From: Candidatus Iainarchaeum sp.
GTDB lineage: Archaea; Iainarchaeota; Iainarchaeia; Iainarchaeales; CSSED10-239
NCBI GenBank assembly: GCA_028700115.1
Contig: JAQVTI010000011.1
Coordinates: 1-32,000, forward strand
Direction of reading: 5' to 3'
DNA: 32,000 bases
In this document: piece by piece, positions 24,246-32,000 of the stretch
Layout of the letters: every line of letters starts with the position of its first letter
Numbering within the stretch: position 1 is the first letter of the stretch
Made by a program: the position numbers and the translations under genes
Notes under the pieces: model-generated
The model's database searches: none
What the model was told of the DNA's origin: nothing
Seen by the model: the letters and a program-made list of their open reading frames with translations, nothing else

Positions 24246-24251
24246 CCTCCT
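24246..24251 (-). promoter_or_regulatory. Shine-Dalgarno site (AGGAGG) of the candidate major pilin
   Basis: Plus-strand cctcct at 24246-24251, 7 nt from the ATG at 24238. Confidence 0.6.
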
Positions 24252-24348
24252 AATAAAAAATTAAATAACTTTTTTTATTAAATATAATATATAACTAATA
24301 TTAAAGAAAATCAAAACTTATTTAAATATTTTTATTTTCTTCATTTTC

Positions 24349-24846
24349 TTAAATTATTAGATAAATGTAATTTATTGTGTAAGTAATTATACTTGGAATA
24401 ACTAACATAAATATGATGTCTCTTAATTTAATATGTGTATCTATTTCATTATATTCTATTATGTTTGAATTATATTTACTTTTAGAATATTTTATTTTTT
24501 TATTTAAAACTAATAAGTTCCAAAAAGTTCCAAATAAAACCGCATTAATTACCCAGACTAAGATAATTTTTGTAATTGGATTAACTATTTTATTTATTAA
24601 ATTCCAAGATATTAAAGTTATAAAAATACTTAAAAAACTAGAAAATAACATATAAAAAAACAATTTAAAATTTTTATTTGCAAAAAGATAGAGTCCTTTT
24701 GTAAAAAACATACTTATTATAAAAAATATTGTCATTAAAGCTATAATTATACCTATAACTAAAAGAATAATTGTACCAAACAAATAACCACAAACTAGAA
24801 TAATTATTGCAAATAAAAAATATTTTAATGTGTTTTTTAAATTCAT
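24349..24846 (-). CDS. 165-aa polytopic membrane protein within the pilus-like operon
   Basis: It has 4-5 hydrophobic helices and starts 2 nt after the upstream pilin-like gene's stop. No GxGD or Asp motifs are present, so it is not a prepilin peptidase. Confidence 0.65.
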   Translation of the reverse strand: MNLKNTLKYFLFAIIILVCGYLFGTIILLVIGIIIALMTIFFIISMFFTKGLYLFANKNFKLFFYMLFSSFLSIFITLISWNLINKIVNPITKIILVWVINAVLFGTFWNLLVLNKKIKYSKSKYNSNIIEYNEIDTHIKLRDIIFMLVIPSIITYTINYIYLII

Positions 24847-24848
24847 AT

Positions 24849-25379
24849 TTAATTGCCTTCCTTATATATTTCATCAGGAGCATTTTTGTTTAGAAATAAA
24901 ACAATAAATTTTTCACAATCCTCTGTGTTTTTTTCTAATAAATTATAAATACTAGAAGGTTCATCTGAATTTGAGATATTACAATAAATAGTTACATCCA
25001 TATCTAAGTTTCTTTCAGTAATTTCATAAATTAATTCATTTGATTCTGCAATAGGTTCAATTCCTGGACCATTATCTATACCTATACATCCTTTTTCAAT
25101 ACCAGTTATTCCAGAAATCCATTCTTTTGAAATTGTGCCCTTTAATTTTAAATCTTCAATAATATATTTACTTTGTGTACTTATTCCAGGAGCTTTACTT
25201 GCAGAAATAATTCCTTCTTCTAATTTTTGTTGACTAATAATAATTGCTTTATTATTAATATTTCTAACCATTACTAAAATAATAGAAAGAATAGCAACAG
25301 TTATTACAAAAGCAATTAAAAGTCTAAAAGATTCTTCAGCTTGAGCTTTTTGTTTTTTTGTAAATAAATTAAAATCCAT
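24849..25379 (-). CDS. pilin-like protein with class III signal peptide (176 aa)
   Basis: The N-terminus is MDFNLFTKKQKAQAEESFRLLIAFVITVAILSIILV. An 11-nt gap follows the platform gene. Confidence 0.75.
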   Translation of the reverse strand: MDFNLFTKKQKAQAEESFRLLIAFVITVAILSIILVMVRNINNKAIIISQQKLEEGIISASKAPGISTQSKYIIEDLKLKGTISKEWISGITGIEKGCIGIDNGPGIEPIAESNELIYEITERNLDMDVTIYCNISNSDEPSSIYNLLEKNTEDCEKFIVLFLNKNAPDEIYKEGN

Positions 25380-25390
25380 ATTAATTAACC

Positions 25391-27631
25391 TTAAAATATC
25401 ATATTTGCAAGAATTGTTGTAATTATAAATAATATTGTTGCAATTGGTAAAGTTCTTGCAATATTTAATTTAGCAAGAGTAATGTTGTCTTGTTCTATCA
25501 TAGTTGTAAAAAATGTTATAATGATTACAACTTGAATAACATAGATTGCAACAATTATTAAAAAGGCTGTAGGAGAAGCAAGTTGAGAAATTACAGTAGT
25601 ATCAATTGAACCCATACTACTAATTGAACTTGCATTAACATTTACACCAATTGCACTAACCCCATCTTTTACACCTTCAATTGCAGAAGTCATATCTTCC
25701 ATTGTATTACTGTTTGCAATTGAATAAAGTGTAGAAATTACAATTTTTTGAAGAGCTGTAGTTATTCCTAAAACTATAGGGGCAATAAATTTAGACATGC
25801 TTTTTAGAGTTGTTGTTACAGAACTAATTAAGTCTCTTAACATTTTAGAAACTTCATCAGTGTTTCTTAACTGCAGAGAGTATGACATTAATGTTTTTGC
25901 AGCAACTGAAACTCCTAACTGAACAGAATCTACTAAAAGTCTCATAGCTGAATTAATAAGATTAGAAGGATTATTTTTAAGAGCACCATAACTTGGATCA
26001 AACAAAGCTGAATTTAAATTAAGTCCTAAAACTCTTATGTTATCAATTGCTTTTCCAAATATGTTTTTAGAAATTAAAGCTTTTGGTAAAAAGTTTTTTG
26101 TATGACTTAAAGCATCTTCAATTGGTTTGTTTTCACCAAGTCTACTTGCAATTACATATAGTGCATCTTTAAATTCGTCTTCCATTTTTTCAGTTTCTAA
26201 TTGTATTTCTCTTTTATATTTACTTTGAGAATATAAGACTATAGAAATTAATAAACTAATTAAGATTAACATTCCATAAATTATATAATGAGGAGTAATA
26301 TCATTTTCTGATCTTGCCCAAAACTCTTGTTCTGAAGCACATTTAAATTCAGAATCTGCTGCTTTTTCAACTTGTTCTGCTTTTGTACAATAAAAATCTG
26401 CTTCACTTATTTCTTGACTATCTGTAATATAACCAGATTGAATAAGTATACTTTTTTTAGTTTGACCAAACTCAGATTGTAAAAATACACTTCCTGCAAT
26501 TAAAATTACACTTACTATAATTATTAAAATACCTATATGTAAATGAGCTTTTCCTATTTTTATTGTGTTTTTAGGAGGAAGCTTTGGGTAATTGTCTGGT
26601 ATTTTAGGAGGTCTGTAAGTAGAAGGTTTGTTTCTTATTATCTTTTTTGCATAAAACAAACAACCTATAGGAATAATTATATTATATATTAAAATTAAAT
26701 AAATTGGTTTTGCAAGAGCAGAACCTGAAAAAGCAGAACCAACTGGTAGAACAATAATTAAAAGTAAAGGAAGTAATACCCCTAAATAAAAAATACCCAT
26801 TGCTGGTTGTGCTAAACTTCTTGCATAATCTTCTAGTTTTTCTTTTATGGATTTTAAAGTCTCAGACATTGTTTGATCTAAGATTTGATATCTTTTTGCC
26901 TCTGAGTTTTCTATAACAGAAGACCTTATTTTCATTAAAGCTTTTTTAAACTCAGTAGAAACTTCTCCCCATTTATAGGCAAGTTCATCTATTCCTTCAG
27001 AAACACTGTTTTTTATACCTACTTTAACTTCCCATAATAATTTTTTTAAATCATCTGCAATTTTTCCATGTCCATGATTTGAAGCAAACTCAATTGCTTT
27101 TTCTAAATTTGGAACTAATTTCATAGACATTATCATATATCCTAAAATTTCTGGAACAAAAGTTAATGCTAAAATTTTTTCAGATTGTACTTTTTTTAAA
27201 GGATAATTTTGAAAATTTATATAAATTATTATAAAAATAAATATTGGAAGAATAAAAGTAATTATAATAGGCATTATAATTATATCAAATAAAGAAAATA
27301 ATAAATCATAACCAAATAAATATATTAAATAACTAATAAGACCTGTAAGAAAAATACCAAAAAAAAGAATAAATTTTAAAGTAGCAGAATATTCTTTTCC
27401 AGATAAATCCCAATTAAGAAAATCAACTGCATTTTTTAAATCTGGTCTAAAAGAAGAATTATTACCAAGACTAGGAAATTTATTATATATTTTTTTACAA
27501 AAAATAACATAATAATTTTGTTTTTTTCTTTCTAATTTATTTATATTTTTAGAAAAATCTCTACTTTCTATAGATATTGAACTATATATTTTTCCAGGAC
27601 TTGTTTTTGGGGGTCTTATTATATCAGACAT
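25391..27631 (-). CDS. FlaJ/TadC/PilC-like polytopic membrane platform protein (746 aa)
   Basis: Two soluble helical modules (..PNLEKAIEFASNHGHGKIADDLKKLLWEVKVGIKNSVSEGIDELA.. and ..FKDALYVIASRLGENKPIEDALSHTKNF..IDNIRVLGLNLNSAL..) are each flanked by TM clusters. That is the duplicated T2SSF-type arrangement. It is the first gene of the pilin operon. Confidence 0.65.
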   Translation of the reverse strand: MSDIIRPPKTSPGKIYSSISIESRDFSKNINKLERKKQNYYVIFCKKIYNKFPSLGNNSSFRPDLKNAVDFLNWDLSGKEYSATLKFILFFGIFLTGLISYLIYLFGYDLLFSLFDIIIMPIIITFILPIFIFIIIYINFQNYPLKKVQSEKILALTFVPEILGYMIMSMKLVPNLEKAIEFASNHGHGKIADDLKKLLWEVKVGIKNSVSEGIDELAYKWGEVSTEFKKALMKIRSSVIENSEAKRYQILDQTMSETLKSIKEKLEDYARSLAQPAMGIFYLGVLLPLLLIIVLPVGSAFSGSALAKPIYLILIYNIIIPIGCLFYAKKIIRNKPSTYRPPKIPDNYPKLPPKNTIKIGKAHLHIGILIIIVSVILIAGSVFLQSEFGQTKKSILIQSGYITDSQEISEADFYCTKAEQVEKAADSEFKCASEQEFWARSENDITPHYIIYGMLILISLLISIVLYSQSKYKREIQLETEKMEDEFKDALYVIASRLGENKPIEDALSHTKNFLPKALISKNIFGKAIDNIRVLGLNLNSALFDPSYGALKNNPSNLINSAMRLLVDSVQLGVSVAAKTLMSYSLQLRNTDEVSKMLRDLISSVTTTLKSMSKFIAPIVLGITTALQKIVISTLYSIANSNTMEDMTSAIEGVKDGVSAIGVNVNASSISSMGSIDTTVISQLASPTAFLIIVAIYVIQVVIIITFFTTMIEQDNITLAKLNIARTLPIATILFIITTILANMIF

Positions 27632-27670
27632 TTTTATTCTCTTTTAATTTATAGTTTTAATTTTTAATTT

Positions 27671-27706
27671 TTTGAAATTATACTATATTTTGAAATTATA
27701 CTATAT
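27671..27706. repeat. perfect 18-bp tandem duplication in the divergent promoter region between the platform gene and ferredoxin
   Basis: tttgaaattatactatat occurs twice (27671-27688 and 27689-27706). Confidence 0.95.
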
Positions 27707-27824
27707 TTTATATTTTAAATAAAAATTAATATATATTATATTTATTAAGTAAAAAGAAATATTTAAATATATGTTTATTTACTTTAAAATTATAAAACTA
27801 AATAAAATTAGAAGGTGTGAAAAT

Positions 27825-28010
27825 ATGATTAAAATAAAACAAGATAGAAATGCATGTATTGGATGTGGGGCATGTGTTTCAGTATGCCCAGAAAATTGGG
27901 AATTTAAAGGAAATAAACCAATTCCAAAAAAAACAGAAGTAAAAGAAATTGGCTGTAATAGACAAGCTGCAGATGTTTGCCCTGTAAGATGTATTGAAAT
28001 TGAAGAGTGA
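27825..28010 (+). CDS. small 4Fe-4S ferredoxin
   Basis: CIGCGACVSVCP (CxxCxxCxxxCP) plus a distal CPVRC. SD AGGTG lies upstream of ATG 27825. Confidence 0.85.
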   Translation: MIKIKQDRNACIGCGACVSVCPENWEFKGNKPIPKKTEVKEIGCNRQAADVCPVRCIEIEE

Positions 28011-28015
28011 TAGAT

Positions 28016-28516
28016 ATGCCAAAAAATATAATTAAAAAAAATATAATTACAGAAAAATCATTAGAATCTTTAAAAAAAAAATTAATAGAAAGAAAAACTA
28101 AAGAAAAAGAAGAATCAAATGTTTTTACTAAAAAAATTAAACTAAAAAATTTAAATTATTATAAAAAATTATCCTATTTTTTAGATATTATTTATAAAAA
28201 TAAATTTATGGAAGATAAAAAAATAACTTCTTTATCTGCATTTATAGAAGATACTATATTACAAAGAAATTTAATTAAATCAAATTTAATTACATCAGAT
28301 AATTATCTTAAAAATGGATTAAATAAACCAATAATTAAAAAATTTATAAAATTAAAAATAATTAATATAGAAACAGGAACATTATATAAAGAAATTGAAA
28401 AATATGCAAATAATAAAAATAAAAAATTAGATAATTCTTTCTTTGAAAATTTAAAAACAAATGAATTTGAAGAAATAATTATAAATTCTATAAAAAGAGC
28501 TAATAGAAATTTATAA
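28016..28516 (+). CDS. hypothetical K/N/I-rich protein (about 166 aa)
   Basis: An ORF with GTGAT 4 nt upstream of ATG 28016, overlapping the ferredoxin stop. No motif was recognised. Confidence 0.45.
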   Translation: MPKNIIKKNIITEKSLESLKKKLIERKTKEKEESNVFTKKIKLKNLNYYKKLSYFLDIIYKNKFMEDKKITSLSAFIEDTILQRNLIKSNLITSDNYLKNGLNKPIIKKFIKLKIINIETGTLYKEIEKYANNKNKKLDNSFFENLKTNEFEEIIINSIKRANRNL

Positions 28517-28553
28517 AATATATATAAAAACATATTTATAAAAATTAGAAAAA

Positions 28554-28587
28554 AAATAAAAATAAGAAAGAAATAAAAATAAGAAAG
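28554..28587. repeat. perfect 17-bp tandem duplication upstream of the endonuclease-IV-like pseudogene
   Basis: aaataaaaataagaaag occurs twice (28554-28570 and 28571-28587). Confidence 0.95.
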
Positions 28588-28618
28588 ATTTATTAATTTT
28601 TAAATATATATATACATT

Positions 28619-29367
28619 ATGGATAAAAAATTAAACTTTGGTATAGCAGGATTTTCAGATTTATCATACAAAATACCAAAATCTTCTAAAAATCCTACTG
28701 CAGATTCTATTTCTTTAATTTCAGAGATAGGGCTTTCTGCTTTAGAAATTGAATTTGTAAGACAAGTTTATTTAAAAAATACTTCTGAAGAAAAAATTAC
28801 ACAAATTAAAGAAAATGCGATTCATTAAATGTTGGACAAAAAATAAGTGCAAAAAATATAGTTGTACATATTGGTTATTTTTTAAAACAAGAACCTAAAA
28901 AAGTTTTAGAACATATTTCTGAAAATATACAAGATATATATAATAATTATAAAGGAGATACCCTTTTAGGAATTGAACTTACTGGCAAAAAATCTCAAGT
29001 TGGGTCTTTAGATGAACTTTTTTATTTTTATAATAAATTTCCTAAATTTGTATTACCTGTAATTGATTTTGCACATCAACATGCAAGAGAAAATGGTTAT
29101 TTTAATAATAAAAAAAATATATTAGATTTTTTTGAAAAATTAGATAGTTATCCTGAATTAAAAAAAAATTTACATATGCATATTTCTGGTATAAATTATA
29201 CTGAAAAAGGTGAAATAAATCATTTACCTTTTAGAAAAAGTGATTTTCCATATAAATATATTTTGAAAGAATTAAAAGATAGAAATTATAAAGGAACTAT
29301 TATTTGTGAATCCCCAGAAACAGTATCTGATTGTTTATTTATAAAAAATATATATAATAAATTATAA
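28619..29367 (+). pseudogene. disrupted endonuclease IV-like (xylose-isomerase-like TIM barrel, AP endonuclease family 2) gene
   Basis: The N-terminal fragment (28619-28828, ..GLSALEIEFVRQ..IKENAIH-TAA) and the C-terminal fragment lie in different frames. The C-terminal frame is open from 28810 and has no start codon before 29176. It reads ..AKNIVVHIGY..LGIELTG..IDFAHQHA..LHMHISG..IICESP. About 30 residues expected between the fragments are missing. Confidence 0.55.
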
Positions 29368-29381
29368 TTTAATAAAATTAA

Positions 29382-29672
29382 TTATAAAAGTTCCCAATCA
29401 TTATTTTTTGAATTTGATCCAAATTTTTTTATAATTTTATCATTTACTGAAATTAAATCTTTACTTTCATCTTTTTCTTTTTTAGTTGTAAAACCTGTTT
29501 CAACATCTGATTTTTGAGATATTAAAAATCTTTTTCTTAAAGAATTAATTTTATCTATACTATCTTCTTTTATATTCCCAGAATATCCACACACATTACA
29601 AATATATTTTTTAGTTTCTTTCTTATAATTTAAATTTAAAGAATAACATTCTGGGCAATATTTATATAGCAT
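29382..29672 (-). CDS. 96-aa zinc-ribbon protein
   Basis: CPEC-x16-CNVC at the N-terminus. GTGAT lies 4 nt upstream of ATG 29672. The tail is Lys/Ser-rich and ends in NDWELL. Confidence 0.6.
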   Translation of the reverse strand: MLYKYCPECYSLNLNYKKETKKYICNVCGYSGNIKEDSIDKINSLRKRFLISQKSDVETGFTTKKEKDESKDLISVNDKIIKKFGSNSKNNDWELL

Positions 29673-29816
29673 ATTAATCACATATATTTAATTTATATTT
29701 CACATTATAAAAATAGTTCATAATCTTTATAAATATATAGTTTAATAAATTAATTAATAATAAAGATTAATAATTATATAAAAATTAATTAAAATTAAAA
29801 TATTGGAGAAACAAAT

Positions 29817-31013
29817 ATGGAAATAAATAAAACAGAAATAGGAGTTTGTGCATTTGGACTAAAAACAGGTATTATTACTTTTGATGATAATATGAAAGAT
29901 GTTGTTAAAAAATATTTTGACAAAAATAAAAATATATTAAATAATAAAGATATTTTATGTATGACAGAAGCAGTTGTTGCAATTACTCAAAAAAATTTTG
30001 TAAATTTAGAAGATGTATCTATAGAAATTAAAAATAAATTAAATTTAAAAGAAAATTCTACAATTGGAATTGTTTTTCCAATATTTTCAAGAAATAGATT
30101 TTCAATGATTTTAAAAGCAATTGCAAAAACAGTTCCTTTAGGAAAAGTAATTATTCAATTATCTTTCCCAAGAGATGAACAAGGTAATCCTATACTTTCT
30201 AAAGATTTTTGTATAGATAATAATATTACTTTAGACGAAAAATTAGATTTAAAAAAATTAGATAATTTAGGAAAAAGATATTTGCATCCAGAAACAGGTA
30301 TGGATTATATTGATTTTTATAAACAAATTGTAGAAAAAGAATCAAAAAATGTAGAAATCTATCTTGCAAATAAACTAAATTACATAATTAATTCAAAACC
30401 AGATGGAATTATTTGTTGTAATGTTCATAATAGACAAAATATTTTAAATGAAATTAAAAAATTAGGTTATAAAAATATAATTACTTTACAAGATATTTGT
30501 TCTAATTCTTCTAAAAAAGAATATTCAGAATATGGACTTTTGGGGTCAAATATATTAGATCCAGAAAAAAATATATTAAAACTTGCTCCAAAAGATGGAG
30601 ATTTATTATGTGAAAATATTAAACAAATGATATTTGAAGAATTTGATAAAGATATAGAAGTATTAATATATGGAGACGGTGCCTATAAAGATCCAGAATC
30701 AGGAATATATGAACTTGCAGATCCAGTTTCATGTTTTGGATGTACAAAAAATATTAAAAATAAAAATAAAACAGGTGTTAAATCAAAATATTTAATGCAA
30801 AAACTTTATAGTCAAGGAAAAAATAAAAAAGAAATATTAGAATTTATAGAAAATGAAAAACAAAGAGTTTTAAAAGAAAATAATAAAAATGATTTTTCAT
30901 CAGAAGGAACAACTCCACGAAAAATAGAAAATTTAATATCTTCTCTTGCAGATTTAATTTCTGGTTCTGCTGATTCAAATACTCCTTTAGTTTTAGTTAA
31001 AAATTATCTTTAA
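29817..31013 (+). CDS. CofE-like (F420-0:gamma-glutamyl ligase family) protein, 398 aa
   Basis: Three segments align by eye with A. fulgidus CofE. NKDILCMTEAVVAITQKNFVNLEDV matches DGDVLVVCSTVISKAEGR. GLLGSNILDPEKNILKLAPKDGD matches NAGIDASN..LLLPPLDPD. SGSADSNTPLVLVKN matches GEGGDGIPAVVVRG. The protein carries large insertions relative to CofE. Confidence 0.5.
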   Translation: MEINKTEIGVCAFGLKTGIITFDDNMKDVVKKYFDKNKNILNNKDILCMTEAVVAITQKNFVNLEDVSIEIKNKLNLKENSTIGIVFPIFSRNRFSMILKAIAKTVPLGKVIIQLSFPRDEQGNPILSKDFCIDNNITLDEKLDLKKLDNLGKRYLHPETGMDYIDFYKQIVEKESKNVEIYLANKLNYIINSKPDGIICCNVHNRQNILNEIKKLGYKNIITLQDICSNSSKKEYSEYGLLGSNILDPEKNILKLAPKDGDLLCENIKQMIFEEFDKDIEVLIYGDGAYKDPESGIYELADPVSCFGCTKNIKNKNKTGVKSKYLMQKLYSQGKNKKEILEFIENEKQRVLKENNKNDFSSEGTTPRKIENLISSLADLISGSADSNTPLVLVKNYL

Positions 31014-31037
31014 AAATATAATATAATTGTGATAAAT

Positions 31038-31190
31038 ATGCCTATTTTAAAAAGAAAAAGAATAATTAGAAAAAATGAAAAAATTGTAACATCAAAAGCA
31101 AATAAATATGATAGAATATTAAGTTTAGATGAAGAAAAGGAATTAATGAAAAAAGAAATGGATAAAATTAAAAATTTAAGAAAAAAATAA
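31038..31190 (+). CDS. possible 50-aa basic small protein (absent from the ORF track)
   Basis: MPILKRKRIIRKNEKIVTSKANKYDRILSLDEEKELMKKEMDKIKNLRKK. No clear SD; it could be a chance ORF in AT-rich DNA. Confidence 0.2.
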   Translation: MPILKRKRIIRKNEKIVTSKANKYDRILSLDEEKELMKKEMDKIKNLRKK

Positions 31191-31198
31191 ATCTTTAA

Positions 31199-32000
31199 TT
31201 ATTTAGGAAGAATTAAATTTAATATAATTCCAATAATTGAAGCTAGACCTACACCTTCTAAACTAAAATTCCCAAAGTTAATTATAGCTCCACCAACTCC
31301 AATTGTAAGTATAACTCCTATAATTATCATATTTCTTGTTTTATCTAAATTAATTTTATTATTTATTAAAGTTTTTATACCTACATTTGTAATCATACCA
31401 TATAATAAAATCATTATCCCCCCTAAAATAGCATCTGGTATAGTTTGTAAAAAACCACTAATTTTACCAATAAAAGAAAAAATAATGGCTGTTATTGCAG
31501 AAATTCTTAAAATAGAAGGATCTTTTAATTTAGTCATAATAATAGCCCCAGTAACTTCAGAATAAGTTGTATTTGGAGGACCCCCTAAAAAACCTGCAAA
31601 AATAGTTGCAAGCCCATCTCCTAATAAAGTTTTTTTAAGTCCTGGTTTTTCTATAAAATTATTCCCAGTTGCATTTCCAATTGCATACATATCTCCTATA
31701 TGTTCTATTATAGGAGCAATTGCAACTGGAAGCATTAAAATTATTGCCTTCCAATTAAATTGAGGAAATATAAATTTTGGGATTTCAATCCATTTAGAAG
31801 AAGTAATAATTGAAAAATCAATATTACCAAAAAATATAGCAATTATATAAGTTAATAAAATACCACTAATAATAGGTAATAATTTAATAGTTTTTTTACC
31901 AAAAATAGAAACACATATAGCAATAATTAATGAAATACCTGCAAAAATCCAATTATTTGAAGCCATAGAAATTGCAGTTGTAGATAAAGATAATCCTATA
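31199..32000 (-). CDS. uraA: NCS2-family uracil/xanthine permease (N-terminal part runs off the window)
   Basis: GDGLATIFAGFLGGPPNTTYSEVTGAIIMTK matches the NCS2 signature region of UraA/PyrP. The frame stays open upstream of the track's Met (31966) to the window edge (..IGLSLSTTAIS-MASNNW). Confidence 0.85.
   Translation of the reverse strand, partial: IGLSLSTTAISMASNNWIFAGISLIIAICVSIFGKKTIKLLPIISGILLTYIIAIFFGNIDFSIITSSKWIEIPKFIFPQFNWKAIILMLPVAIAPIIEHIGDMYAIGNATGNNFIEKPGLKKTLLGDGLATIFAGFLGGPPNTTYSEVTGAIIMTKLKDPSILRISAITAIIFSFIGKISGFLQTIPDAILGGIMILLYGMITNVGIKTLINNKINLDKTRNMIIIGVILTIGVGGAIINFGNFSLEGVGLASIIGIILNLILPK

Noticed and set aside
24349-24846. The 165-aa polytopic protein inside the pilus operon as the missing prepilin peptidase.
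   Set aside because: Archaeal and bacterial prepilin peptidases need two catalytic Asp residues, one of them in a GxGD-type motif. This protein has only two Asp (EIDTH, LRDII), neither in such a context, and it is smaller than FlaK, PibD or EppA.
1-32000. tRNA, rRNA or other structured RNA genes in intergenic regions.
   Set aside because: All intergenic stretches are extremely AT-rich. None has the GC-enriched, stem-forming 70-90 nt segment expected for a tRNA or another structured RNA in a low-GC genome.

Overview
The window is very AT-rich by eye (roughly three quarters A+T), densely coding and free of rRNA, tRNA and CRISPR. It looks like a small-genome, DPANN-like archaeon. That assignment is an inference from archaeal class III (prepilin-type) signal peptides, a two-module FlaJ/TadC-like membrane protein, and GGTGA-type Shine-Dalgarno sites. 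Housekeeping and accessory genes I can support: class II lysyl-tRNA synthetase, an NCS2 uracil/xanthine permease (partial), ferredoxin, an ArsR-glutaredoxin pair, a membrane-anchored DsbA-like oxidoreductase, an alpha/beta hydrolase, GNAT, a CPBP/Abi protease, a SPOUT-like methyltransferase, a CofE-like protein, a DUF2207-like membrane protein and a broken endonuclease-IV-like gene. Four things stand out. (1) A nine-gene type-IV-pilus-like operon (20721-27631, minus strand) carries six proteins with a K-[AG]-(Q/Y) class III signal peptide and one leaderless pilin-like protein. It has no ATPase or prepilin peptidase nearby and sits next to a 1663-aa secreted, C-terminally anchored giant protein. 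(2) An unannotated 41-codon ORF with a strong SD lies 5 nt upstream of a radical SAM/SPASM gene, which suggests a RiPP-like cassette. (3) That SPASM gene is cut by an in-frame TGA in the middle of its cysteine motif, and the next 29 codons complete the motif. (4) An 822-aa protein is built from about 65 in-phase decapeptide repeats, split by a Lys-rich linker encoded by perfect 36-bp tandem repeats. Functional calls rest on motifs read by eye, with no database search.
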